From NCBI GenBank assembly GCA_032718475.1, contig JAUCBJ010009046.1:31896-95895 (forward strand): a stretch of DNA of 64,000 nucleotides, read 5' to 3'. A model generated the notes under the pieces. The model had not been told where the DNA came from, did no database searches, and saw only the letters and a list, made by a program, of their open reading frames with translations. The stretch's first letter is position 1. Every line of letters starts with the position of its first letter. Of the stretch, positions 41,658 through 52,755 are shown one piece after another. This DNA is from Nemertoderma westbladi. Its lineage: Eukaryota; Animalia; Xenacoelomorpha. The position numbers and the translations under genes were made by a program.

Positions 41658-44600
41658 CTAAATCCCATATCTCTCCGGTGGTTTCGAATTTCTCCCCGCT
41701 CGAGTTACATATCCTAACTCCGGAACGACCTCAATATCATTTGCATTACTTCCATCATCTATATTGTCGTTGTCATCATCCTCATTGTAATTCACTGTAG
41801 TGTCATCATCATTTACAGTTTCATCATCTGAACTGTCCGTGTCCATCTCATCTTCAATGTCAATATTCCTGTCAATGTTCCCATTGTATGTCACGTCCAG
41901 TTGGTTACCGACGTGAATCTTTCTAACATCCTGTAGATGATGTCTGATACCCTTTACTACAACCGACCATTCATCTGGAATTTCCTCTACTTCCATTGGT
42001 CCTTTCCACCTTTTGTAGCAACGCCACTTCTGTTCAGGCTTGACGTAAATCAAATCTCCAATTTTATATGGGTTGTCTATTACCTCTCTGTCTTCTAGCA
42101 GCTTTGTTATGCCAGGCAACTTTTCCACTCGTTCACCCATGACTTTCTGAATTGGTGTCTGGTTATCTTTTACTGATGTTCTGTTGTACCAGAATGTAAC
42201 TTGAACTGGATCTTTCTTAGATCTCGACGCCCACGCTTTTATAGTTCGATGCATTCTTTCGACGGGATTTCCCCTAGGTCTGTATGCGCACGAAGGCTTC
42301 AGTTTCACCTCCCATTTATTTAAGAAACTTTTAAACTCATTGCTGCGGAACGCAGGACCATTATCGGGTATAATTTCTTCAGGGGGTCCCCACTCTATAA
42401 ATATTCGCTGTAGAATTTTAACGGCCTGTGCGCTTGTTTTATTAGGCACTTGATTCCAAATAGTAAAATTAGAGCTACAATCAATAACTGTTAGATAACT
42501 GTGAGTCCCATACTCAGAAAAATCAGTAGATAATCTTTGCCAACTCCTATCAGTTTTACAGCTGCCTGGTTTCAGTTTCACTGGTACAGGGTCGATGCTC
42601 TTACATTCTTCACACTTTCTACAAACCTCTTTAATTGCTTCTTTACAATGGTCTGTTACACTGCCTAGATTCCTGTCTGCTTTACATAGATTCTTTAGTC
42701 TATCAGATCCCACATGTACCACTTCGTGTAATTCCTTCACTCTTTCCTCAATGTCCGCATAATCTGCGGTTCCATTGGTCTCTGTAACAGTTACTGCAGC
42801 TACTTCGACTTCTGGTTTTTTTAGCCATTTTTTTGGTATACGAGTTAAACAGTCAGCTCGATTCTGCTCTGATGGAACTAGATGCAAAGTTGTTTTTAAC
42901 TGAAATTCGTCCACAGTTTTCTTGAGAAGTTCCAATCTTCGTCTTATTAACATTTTAGACATTCCCTTAGTGCGAATGCGGTGTTCATCTTTCAGCATTG
43001 CATTTACCCATCCATATACCGGTGCCGAGTCAGTATATAATTGTATTTCTGTTAATTCCCACTGTATTGCCATATTTACCCCTTCAATTAATGCGCTAAG
43101 CTCGGCTGAGTTTATGTGTTCTGGGTCATCGTTTTTACGTAACCATGATCCATCCTCAGCTGTCTGTCCCCCGATTCTCACCATCGCCCCAATGGCCAAG
43201 TTACTAGCGTCAGCCCAAACTTCGCCACGTTTCGTATCACTTATAGGCCACGAACCACCCACTGGATCTGCTCGTTGCACTCGGTTAACCACCTCAACTA
43301 ATTTATCTCTAGTTCCCTTGTCTATTACTGAATCCATTGGAACATTTGCTGCCTGGCGTTGCAGCCAACTCAATGACACTCGCAACCATCCCTCGATCAA
43401 ATAGTTTCCTCGTAATTGTCCTACCACTGATAGCAGTTTTCTATGAGTTAATGGGTTCTCGATCTTTTCTGGGTCTGGAATGTCACTATCTCGTTTCCAC
43501 TTCCCCCCTTCCACAGCGACTCCGAGGACTCTGGCCCCACCTTTAATTTCTATTGCTTCCTTGGTTTCGAGTCCGAACTTTTTAAGATGTTGCCTTACGT
43601 CATCTGCTGTTACACCTGTTTGTAAATCTGCATATATGTCATCCCTAAAACTGTCTGTCGATTCCTTAATTCGATCATTCTGTCCCAGTACTTTTTCTAC
43701 AATAGTATCCAATATTTTGGGTGCCGGGCCCAACCCAAACCCAAGTCTAGTCATGCAGTACCTTTTTCCTTTGTAACTGACTGTTTGGTATGCCTGTAGT
43801 GCCGGTGCTATTCTTATCTGCATGTACGCCCACTTTAAGTCGATTATTGCTGTATTCTCGCCCATTCTTATCCAGTGCCTTAACTTTTCGTTACTTGCTG
43901 CTGCCTCCACCCCTGGTTGCTTTATTAAGTATTCGTTTAATTCTCTAAAATCCATAATGGGGCGCACTCGATCTTTGCGGGGTTCATTTTTATACATCAG
44001 AGGTATCAGTGCCATATAATCACCCTCAAATTCTTGCAACCATCCCTTCTCTATCCACTCTCCTACTCCTTTCTCATACTTGCTACGTAGTTCTGTTGGA
44101 ATATGATATTCCCGTACTGTATTGTTTAGTCTACCTGGTGGAGAGCCAGCTTCGAATTTGTACTCCACTTGCCAATTAGTACCATCGAAAACTGCACAAA
44201 AATCGTCTTTATCTATTCTTAGGATTGGTTCTGTAGTCGTTTTGGCTACTGCTGATACTGACCATTGTCCCCCTGACCCGACACTTACTTCCATTTTACC
44301 GTCGTCTGTTCCTATAAATGAAATGCCGTTGCTTTTCTTTATTAAGTCCCACCCATATATCATATTTAATTCTCCTACTATATGATCAACAACCAAGAAT
44401 TCCCAAACAAACTCCGGCATCCTGTCAATCTGTAACACAGTACTAACCTTTCCTACCAACTGCGTAGCTGTAGACCCGTCTAACATAGTTATGTTTGATT
44501 TATTACCTGGTTCCTCAAATGTTCCATTAATTCTCGCTGCGAACTTCCGCGATAATATACTCCTGCTACACCCAGAATCGACCAATGCTTCCACAAATTT

Positions 44601-44696
44601 CCCTCCACAATTCACATTTTTCGTCGGAAGATCACCGACTTGTCCTCCGGGGAGACGACCGCTGGCACACACGACGCCTCCCCCTATTCGTTTCCC
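41658..44696 (-). CDS. pol: Pol polyprotein (protease-RT-RNase H-integrase), expressed by -1 frameshift from gag
   Basis: LVDSGCS protease; DLKWAY…RLGFGL…FRDD RT; WADAS/ELSAL/YTDS/ADCLTR RNase H; H-x3-H…C-x2-C zinc finger and D..D(NGPAF)..E(RMHRTIK) integrase. Uninterrupted ORF (41658-44726). Confidence 0.95.
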   Translation of the reverse strand, partial: GKRIGGGVVCASGRLPGGQVGDLPTKNVNCGGKFVEALVDSGCSRSILSRKFAARINGTFEEPGNKSNITMLDGSTATQLVGKVSTVLQIDRMPEFVWEFLVVDHIVGELNMIYGWDLIKKSNGISFIGTDDGKMEVSVGSGGQWSVSAVAKTTTEPILRIDKDDFCAVFDGTNWQVEYKFEAGSPPGRLNNTVREYHIPTELRSKYEKGVGEWIEKGWLQEFEGDYMALIPLMYKNEPRKDRVRPIMDFRELNEYLIKQPGVEAAASNEKLRHWIRMGENTAIIDLKWAYMQIRIAPALQAYQTVSYKGKRYCMTRLGFGLGPAPKILDTIVEKVLGQNDRIKESTDSFRDDIYADLQTGVTADDVRQHLKKFGLETKEAIEIKGGARVLGVAVEGGKWKRDSDIPDPEKIENPLTHRKLLSVVGQLRGNYLIEGWLRVSLSWLQRQAANVPMDSVIDKGTRDKLVEVVNRVQRADPVGGSWPISDTKRGEVWADASNLAIGAMVRIGGQTAEDGSWLRKNDDPEHINSAELSALIEGVNMAIQWELTEIQLYTDSAPVYGWVNAMLKDEHRIRTKGMSKMLIRRRLELLKKTVDEFQLKTTLHLVPSEQNRADCLTRIPKKWLKKPEVEVAAVTVTETNGTADYADIEERVKELHEVVHVGSDRLKNLCKADRNLGSVTDHCKEAIKEVCRKCEECKSIDPVPVKLKPGSCKTDRSWQRLSTDFSEYGTHSYLTVIDCSSNFTIWNQVPNKTSAQAVKILQRIFIEWGPPEEIIPDNGPAFRSNEFKSFLNKWEVKLKPSCAYRPRGNPVERMHRTIKAWASRSKKDPVQVTFWYNRTSVKDNQTPIQKVMGERVEKLPGITKLLEDREVIDNPYKIGDLIYVKPEQKWRCYKRWKGPMEVEEIPDEWSVVVKGIRHHLQDVRKIHVGNQLDVTYNGNIDRNIDIEDEMDTDSSDDETVNDDDTTVNYNEDDDNDNIDDGSNANDIEVVPELGYVTRAGRNSKPPERYGI
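44649..44696 (-). promoter_or_regulatory. -1 programmed ribosomal frameshift signal: slippery G GGA AAC plus downstream GC-rich stem-loop
   Basis: Heptamer in the gag frame (CCG GGA AAC GAA TAG). After a 6-nt spacer, GGGGAGGCG (44683-44675) pairs with CGTCTCCCC (44657-44649). pol lies in the -1 frame. Confidence 0.85.
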
Positions 44697-45559
44697 GGCT
44701 TCGTCGTCGGGATGAATGCCACGCACCCTCTCGCTAAATGGTCAGCACCCCCGCATCTAAAGCAACCCGTGTTCGGTTTAACAGTCCCTGTCGCAGTTCC
44801 GCTCTGGTTTCTATTCCCTAAATTTCCTACGTCGCTGTAGCACTCACGCGCAAAGTGGCCGGGTTTACCGCAACGGAAACATCCTGACCCTCTACCCTGA
44901 TCTCCTCCCCGTGACTCCATACCACTGTCCCGTCGCCAGTTCCCTTTATAATCTCGATTCGAATCCGCAGTTGGACGATAATATCCCTTGTTTCCCTGCC
45001 TATCCCCGTATCTCGCCGCCGCCCCTACCAGCTGAGCTTCGCTTCGCTCCGACTCAGACAATAACCGCCTTGCCTGTGCTAACAGTTTACTCAAATCCGT
45101 CTCACCTGCTAACGCCTTCGTCTCGTTTTGTATTTCATCCGGTAGTCCACTCACGAATTGAACCGCCAAGATCTGCTGCGCGCACCTAGATTGAACATCG
45201 CCCCCAGTGACCAACCCTAATAACCTCTTCAGTTCTGCCAGAAACGTATCTGGCGATTCCTTTTCCTTCAGTCGACGCTGTTTGTATTGCTCGAACGCCG
45301 TATATTCGTTGATTGCGAACGCTGTTATCAATGATCGTTTCAGAATATCATAGTCCGCCTTTTCTGCATCCGATAGCTGACTAATTACGTTGTACGCTGC
45401 GCCCTCCATTGACAGTCGCAAGTAGGTTGCCCGCGATTCCTCTTTCAATCCGGCCTCCGCTTTCATCACGTCGTAAGTGTCATCGAACCTCATTAGCCAA
45501 GCAGATGGATCACCCGTACCATTGTACTTTTTAACATAATCCGAAAGTTTCGGAGCCAT
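44684..45559 (-). CDS. gag: Gag with two CCHC zinc knuckles
   Basis: CFRCGKPGHFAREC and CFRCGGADHLARGC; capsid-like N-terminus (YNGTGDPSAWL…QFVSGLP); ATG at 45559. Confidence 0.93.
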   Translation of the reverse strand: MAPKLSDYVKKYNGTGDPSAWLMRFDDTYDVMKAEAGLKEESRATYLRLSMEGAAYNVISQLSDAEKADYDILKRSLITAFAINEYTAFEQYKQRRLKEKESPDTFLAELKRLLGLVTGGDVQSRCAQQILAVQFVSGLPDEIQNETKALAGETDLSKLLAQARRLLSESERSEAQLVGAAARYGDRQGNKGYYRPTADSNRDYKGNWRRDSGMESRGGDQGRGSGCFRCGKPGHFARECYSDVGNLGNRNQSGTATGTVKPNTGCFRCGGADHLARGCVAFIPTTKPGNE

Positions 45560-45570
45560 CACTGCTGCAA

Positions 45571-45582
45571 GCCCGGTTAGCT
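45571..45582 (-). other. Candidate non-canonical primer-binding site AGCTAACCGGGC
   Basis: Occupies the PBS position directly after the 5' LTR and has no TGG; its complement GCCCGGTTAGCT resembles nt 1-12 of tRNA-Lys. Confidence 0.55.
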
Positions 45583-45757
45583 TATAAGATATAAATGTGT
45601 CAGTTATTCAAAATGTATTAATCCTATAATCATCTAGCACTGTCAGACTACAAACCGCACAATACTGCAATGACCAGAATACCAACCACCACCACAGTTA
45701 CACTCAGCAGTCAGCAGCCTATAATAATCCATCCATCTATCTCACACATATCTTATA
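45583..45757 (-). repeat. 5' LTR (175 bp)
   Basis: Identical to 41369-41543. Confidence 0.95.
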
Positions 45758-46275
45758 GCCTGTGCAAAAATTGGATAACTGTTGGATAGCCTGTGCAAAA
45801 ATAGGATAACTGGTGGATAGCTGTGCAAAAATTGGATAACTGTTGGATAGCCTGTGCAAAAATTGGATAACTGCTGGATAGCCTGTGCAAAAATTGGATA
45901 ACTGTTGGATAGCCTGTGCAAAAATTGGATAACTGTTGGATAGCCTGTGCAAAAATAGGATAACTGTTGGATAGCATGTGCAAAAATTGGATAACTGTTG
46001 GATAGCCTGTGCAAAAATTGGATAACTGTTGGATAGCCTGTGCAAAAATAGGATAACTGTTGGATAGCCTGTGCAAAAATAGGATAACTGGTGGATAGCC
46101 TGTGCAAAAATAGGATAACTGGTGGTTGGATAGACTGTGCAAATTGGATAACTGTTGGATAGCCTGTGCAAAAATAGGATAACTGGTGGATAGCCTGTGC
46201 AAAAATAGGATAACTAGTGGTTGGATAGACTGCACAAATTGGATAACTGTTAATACAGTAGCAGGTAATAACCGG
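45758..46275 (-). repeat. 31-bp satellite array, right part, plus conserved head sequence
   Basis: The array resumes in register after the LTR; 46236-46274 resembles the reverse complement of 35581-35615. Confidence 0.92.
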
Positions 46276-46818
46276 TGACAACCGTCAATAAATATTACTA
46301 TCCATAATAGAATGAATATAAGAACTCAGATTAGGTAATAATTCAATTGGTGCAATCTGTTCACTGTATCATTGTATGTTATCTATTAACAGTTGTTTGT
46401 GATACACAACCATTGAAAGTACCATGGCATGGAATGGCGATATTACAGTAACACGACTGATTTATCTTTCCTTTTCAATAATATTGTTGTTGACTGATTA
46501 TTAGATTACTTGTTTATATACGTAAATAATAGAGATATATGTTTATTGATTAAGGTATTATGTCACAAAATTAGTAATTAGCACGTTTTCACTCAAAATA
46601 ACCAATAGTAGAGGTAGGGGGGTCAATAAACTAACTTAATCCAAATTAAAGGCCAATTAAATACTCCATTTAAGTATTTATGTAAGATGCTCTCGGTTAA
46701 GCCGCGAGCAAAATTAATACCACAAATATTTCATTTAACTAATTTAAACTTAAATCAACCAATAACAATAGTTCTACCAAAAAAAGCAAAATAAATCACG
46801 TTATTAAAGGGTACTTAC

Positions 46819-46912
46819 TAGGATCAGGTAATATTTCTGTTCCATTGTCAGTAATAATAACTCTTACTGAATTCATCACTATTATTGCAGGAACTATGAG
46901 ATTTATATACAT
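46819..46912 (-). CDS. Candidate coding exon 1 (signal peptide) of the nAChR-type subunit
   Basis: AAAATG start; MYINLIVPAIIVMNSVRVIITDNGTEILPDP has a hydrophobic N-terminus. The consensus A|GTAAGT donor is in phase 1, matching the 2-nt start of exon 2 (A+AT = Asn). Not verifiable by homology. Confidence 0.65.
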
Positions 46913-47247
46913 TTTCGTTTAGTAATCTCTTCAATTTTAATTGATTTAAACATATAATACACAACATAAACAGATAACTTTATTAACTGACTTATTTTTC
47001 AACAATTATGAACTCTAGAAATAAAGTTTTGAAGTTTAAAAGAAGTTCAAATGTTTAAAATTCAACGAGGGAAACTGATTATTTCAAACTCCAATTGAAC
47101 AGCGATCTCACTTATTTACAAGATATAATTTATTACGAACATATAAGATGTTAACAAATATGAATTTAATGAGAGAAATATAAGTTTTGTAACATTGTAA
47201 GCTGGGTACAAGGTCAGCTGACCTTGCTGAAGGTGATAACATCTTCT

Positions 47248-50200
47248 ACATCTACTGATCTACTAATACAGTAGGACGAGCCAGCCGGGACATCTACTGA
47301 TACAGTAGGTCGAGCCAGCTCGGACATCTACTGATACAGTAGGACGAGCGAGCTGGGACATCTACTGATACAGTAGGACGATCCAGCTGGGACATTTACT
47401 GATACAGTAGGACAAGCCAGCTGGGACATCTACTGATACAGTAGGACGAGCCAGCCGGGACATCTACTGATACAGTAGGTCGAGCCAGCTGGGACATCTA
47501 CTGATACAGTAGGACGAGCGAGCTGGGACATCTACTGATACAGTAGGACGAGCCAGCTGGGACATCTACTGATACAGTAGGACGAGCCAGCTGGGACATC
47601 TACTGATACAGTAGGACGACCCAGCTGGGACATCTACTGATACTACTAATACAGTAGGACGAGAGAGCTGGGACATCTACTGATACTACTAATACAGTAG
47701 GACGAGCCAGCTGGGACATCTACTGGTACAGTAGGACGAGCCAGCTGGGACATCTACTGATACAGTAGGACGAGCCAGCCGGGACATCTACTGATACAGT
47801 AGGACGATCCAGCTGGGACATCTACTGATACAGTAGGACGAGCCAGCTGGGACATCTACTGATACAGTAGGATGAGCCAGCTGGGACATCTACGGATACA
47901 GTAGGACGACCCAGCTGGGACATCTACTGATACAGTAGGACGAGCCAGCTGGGACATCTACTTATACAGTAGGACGAGCGAGCTGGGACATCTACTGATA
48001 CAGTATGACGAGCCAGCTGGGACATCTACTGATACAGTAGGACGAGCGAGCTGGGACATCTACTGATACAGTAGGACGAGCCAGCTGGGACATCTACTGA
48101 TACAGTAGGACGATCCAGCTGGGACATTTACTGATACAGTAGGACGAGCCAGCTGGGACATATACTGATACAGTAGGACGAGCGAGCTGGGACATCTACT
48201 GATATAGTAGGACGAGCCAGCTGTGACATCTACTGATACAGTAGGACGAGCCAGCTGGGACATCTACTGATACAGTAGGACGAGCCAGCTGGGACATCTA
48301 CTGATACAGTAGGACGAGCCAGATGGGACATCTACTGATACAGTAGGACGAGCCAGCTGGGACATCTACTGATACAGTAGGACGATCCAGCTGGGACATC
48401 TACTGATACAGTAGGACGAGCCAGCTGGGACATCTACGGATACAGTAGGACGAGCCAGCTGGGACATCTACGGATACAGTAGGACGAGCCAGCTGGGACA
48501 TCTACTGATACAGTAGGACGAGCCAGCTGGGACATCTACTTATACAGTAGGACGAGCCAGTTGGGACATCTACTGATACAGTAGGACGAGCCAGCTGGGA
48601 CATCTACGGATACAGTAGGATGAGCCAGCTGGGACATCTACTGATACAGTAGGACGAGCCAGCTGGGACATCTACTGATACAGTAGGACGAGCCAGCTGG
48701 GACATCTACGGATACAGTAGGACGAGCCAGCTGGGACATCTACGGATACAGTAGGACGAGCCAGCTGGGACATCTACTGATACAGTAGGACGAGCCAGCT
48801 GGGACATCTACGGATACAGTAGGACGAGCCAGCTGGGACATCTACGGATACAGTAGGACGAGCCAGCTGGGACATCTACGGATACAGTAGGACGAGCCAG
48901 CTGGGACATCTACGGATACAGTAGGACGAGCCAGCTGGGACATATACTGATACAGTAGGACGAGCGAGCTGGGACATCTACTTATACAGTAGGACGAGCC
49001 AGCTGGGACATCTACTGATACAGTAGGACGAGCCAGCTGGGACATCTACGGATACAGTAGGACGAGCCAGCTGGGACATCTACGGATACAGTAGGACGAG
49101 CCAGCTGGGACATATACTGATACAGTAGGACGAGCGAGCTGGGACATCTACTTATACAGTAGGACGAGCCAGCTGGGACATCTACTTATACAGTAGGACG
49201 AGCCAGCTGGGACATCTACTGATACAGTAGGACGAGCGAGCTGGGACATCTACTGATACAGTAGGACGAGCCAGCTGGGACATCTACGGATACAGTAGGA
49301 CGAGCCAGCTGGGACATCTACGGATACAGTAGGACGAGCCAGCTGGGACATATACTGATACAGTAGGACGAGCCAGCTGGGACATCTACGGATACAGTAG
49401 GACGAGCCAGCTGGGACATCTACTGATACAGTAGGACGAGCCAGCCGGGACATCTACTGATACAGTAGGACGAGCCAGCTGGGACATCTACGGATACAGT
49501 AGGACGACCCAGCTGGGACATCTACTGATACAGTAGGACGAGCCAGCTGGGACATCTACTGATACTACTGATACAGTAGGACGAGCCAGCTGGGACATAT
49601 ACTGATACAGTAGGACGAGCCAGCTGGGACATCTACGGATACAGTAGGACGAGCCAGCTGGGACATCTACTGATACTACTAATACAGTAGGACGAGCCAG
49701 CTGGGACATCTACTGATACAGTAGGACGAGCCAGCTGGGACATCTACTGATACAGTAGGACGAGCCAGCTGGGACATCTACGGATACAGTAGGATGAGCC
49801 AGCTGGGACATCTACGGATACAGTAGGACGAGCCAGCTGGGACATCTACTGATACTACTGATACAGTAGGACGAGCCAGCTGGGACATCTACTGATACAG
49901 TAGGATGAGCCAGCTGGGACATCTACGGATACTGTAGGACGAGCCAGCTGGGACATCTACTGATACTACTAATACAGTAGGACGAGCCAGCCGGGACATC
50001 TACTGATACAGTAGGACGAGCCAGCTGGGACATCTACTGATACAGTAGGACGAGCCAGCTGGGACATCTACTGATACTGTAGGACGAGCCAGCAGGGACA
50101 TCTGCTGATACTACTAATACAGTAGGACGAGCCAGCCGGGACATCTACTGATACAGTAGGACGAGCCAGCAGGGACATCTACTAATAGTACTAATACAGT

Positions 50201-52036
50201 AGGACGAGCCAGCCGGGACATCTACTGATACAGTAGGACGAGCCAGCTGGGACATCTACTGATACAGTAGGACGAGCGAGCTGGGACATCTACTGATACA
50301 GTAGGACGAGCCAGCTGGGACATCTACTGATACAGTAGGACGACCCAGCTGGGACATCTACTGATACAGTAGGACGAGCCAGCAGGGACATCTACTAATA
50401 GTACTAATACAGTAGGACGAGCCAGCCGGGACATCTACTGATACAGTAGGACGAGCCAGCTGGGACATCTACTGATACAGTAGGACGAGCGAGCTGGGAC
50501 ATCTACTGATACAGTAGGACGAGCCAGCTGGGACATCTACTGATACAGTAGGACGACCCAGCTGGGACATCTACTGATACTACTAATACAGTAGGACGAG
50601 CCAGCCGGGACATCTACTGATACAGTAGGACGAGCCAGCCGGGACATCTACTGATACAGTAGGACGACCCAGCTGGGACATCTACTGATACAGTAGGACG
50701 ATCCAGCTGGGACATCTACTAATACAGTAGGACGAGCCAGCTGGGACATCTACGGATACTGTAGGACAAGCCAGCTGGGACATCTACTGATACAGTAGGA
50801 CGATCCAGCTGGGACATCTACTGATACAGTAGGACGAGCCAGATGGGACATCTACTTATACAGTAGGACGAGCCAGCTGGGACATCTACTGATACAGTAG
50901 GACGACCCAGCTGGGACATCTACTGATACTACTAATACAGTAGGACGAGCCAGCTGGGACATCTACGGATACTGTAGGACGAGCCAGCTGGGACATCTAC
51001 TGATACAGTAGGACGATCCAGCTGGGACATCTACTGATACAGTAGGACGAGCCAGATGGGACATCTACTTATACAGTAGGACGAGCGAGATGGGACATCT
51101 ACTGATACAGTAGGACGACCCAGCTGGGACATCTACTGATACAGTAGGACGATCCAGCTGGGACATCTACTGATACAGTAGGACGAGCCAGATGGGACAT
51201 CTACTTATACAGTAGGACGAGCGAGATGGGACATCTACTGATACAGTAGGACGACCCAGATGGGACATCTACTAATACAGTAGGACGAGAGAGCTGGGAC
51301 ATCTACTGATACTGTAGGACGAGCGAGCCGGGGCATCTACTGATACAGTAGGACGAGCTAGCTGGGACATCTACTGATACAGTAGGACGACCCAGCTGGG
51401 ACATCTACTGATACAGTAGGACGACCCAGCTGGGACATCTACTGATACTACTAATACAGTAGGACGAGCCAGCTGGGACATCTACGGATACTGTAGGACA
51501 AGCCAGCTGGGACATCTACTGATACAGTAGGACGATCCAGCTGGGACATCTACTGATACAGTATGACGAGCCAGCTGGGACATCTACTGATACAGTAGGA
51601 CGATCCAGCTGGGACATCTACTGATACAGTAGGACGAGCCAGCTGGGACATCTTCTTATACAGTAGGACGAGCGAGCTGGGACATCTACTGATATAGTAG
51701 GACGAGCCAGCTGGGACATCTACTGATACAGTAGGACGAGCCAGCTGGGACATCTACTGATACAGTAGGACGAGCCAGCTGGGACATCTACTTATACAGT
51801 AGGACGAGCGATCTGGGACATCTACGTATACAGTAGGACGATCCAGCTGGGACATCTACTGATACAGTAGGACGAGCCAGCTGGGACATCTACTTATACA
51901 GTAGGACGAGCGAGCTGGGACATCTACTGATACAGTAGGACGAGCCAGCTGGGACATCTACTGATACAGTAGAACGAGCCAGCTGGGACATCTACTGATA
52001 CAGTAGGACGAGCGATCTTGGACATATACTGATACT
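47248..52036. repeat. 34-bp minisatellite (GATACAGTAGGACGAGCCAGCTGGGACATCTACT), ~140 copies
   Basis: Direct tandem repeat with point variants and occasional 9-bp insertions. Confidence 0.96.
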
Positions 52037-52639
52037 TTAGTAAACTGAATTTATTTAATGTAATGTTGATTCCTATTGAACTAATAATTTTATAGTTATA
52101 TTTCAGTATTGCTCTTGATTGTAATAAAGATATAAAGTTCTTTCATATTAAATTAATCTTGAGTCAAATTGTAATGATAGTTGACATAATCTATAATTAT
52201 AATACGAATCGGAAGGAATTAGATTGAAATAAAATGATTCCCGTTGTTACCTGTATAGCTAAAATACATAAAATAAATTAACTAAAAACCTTCTCAACAT
52301 TTAAAGTGAACCATCTGAATAACCAATCAACTACAGGGTTGTTTCCATCTGAGATGCTGTTACACTGTTATGAGCAGCAGTGTAATATTATGACTGAACC
52401 TAAACACATTTTGATTGGATAATATCATAAGGAAAAGTAGAATGAATGTGCAGTGATAACATTCCCAACCAAGCCGACCTGACATAAAGTCGATAAGATG
52501 ATCCCAAAACATTGCTGTTGGATGGGCCTCTGCTACTAATTTATTACATAAACCGTGGAACAGCAGTAATAATGTAATCTGTATGTTTCATTTCGTCCAA
52601 TTGAGAAAAAACTCTTGTGTATCAATTATTAAGTAGTTG

Positions 52640-52755
52640 AAACAGGACTTTGGATGATCCAAATCTATAGCAAGAAATGGAGGAAAAAATTATCAATGAA
52701 AAATCATTTTTTCCGCTCCATTTTCTATAGAGTTGGATCATCCTAAGTCCTGTTT
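52640..52755. repeat. 116-bp imperfect palindrome (small hairpin MITE-like element)
   Basis: AAACAGGACTTTGGATGATCCAA…TTGGATCATCCTAAGTCCTGTTT, with inner arms also pairing. Confidence 0.75.

Larger units (their letters stand above)
41369..45757 (-). mobile_element. Complete LTR retrotransposon (Ty3/Gypsy domain order), 4389 bp, inserted into the 31-bp satellite
   Basis: Two identical 175-bp LTRs, 5-bp TSD GCCTG (41364-41368 / 45758-45762), intact gag and pol, PPT GGGGGGAA next to the 3' LTR. Confidence 0.97.

Noticed and set aside
42922-45189. Plus-strand ORFs within the retrotransposon
   Set aside because: Antisense shadows of gag/pol with no recognisable motifs.
52251-52258. Possible 8-nt microexon tttag|CTATACAG|gtaac (minus strand)
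   Set aside because: Cannot be distinguished from chance without transcript data.
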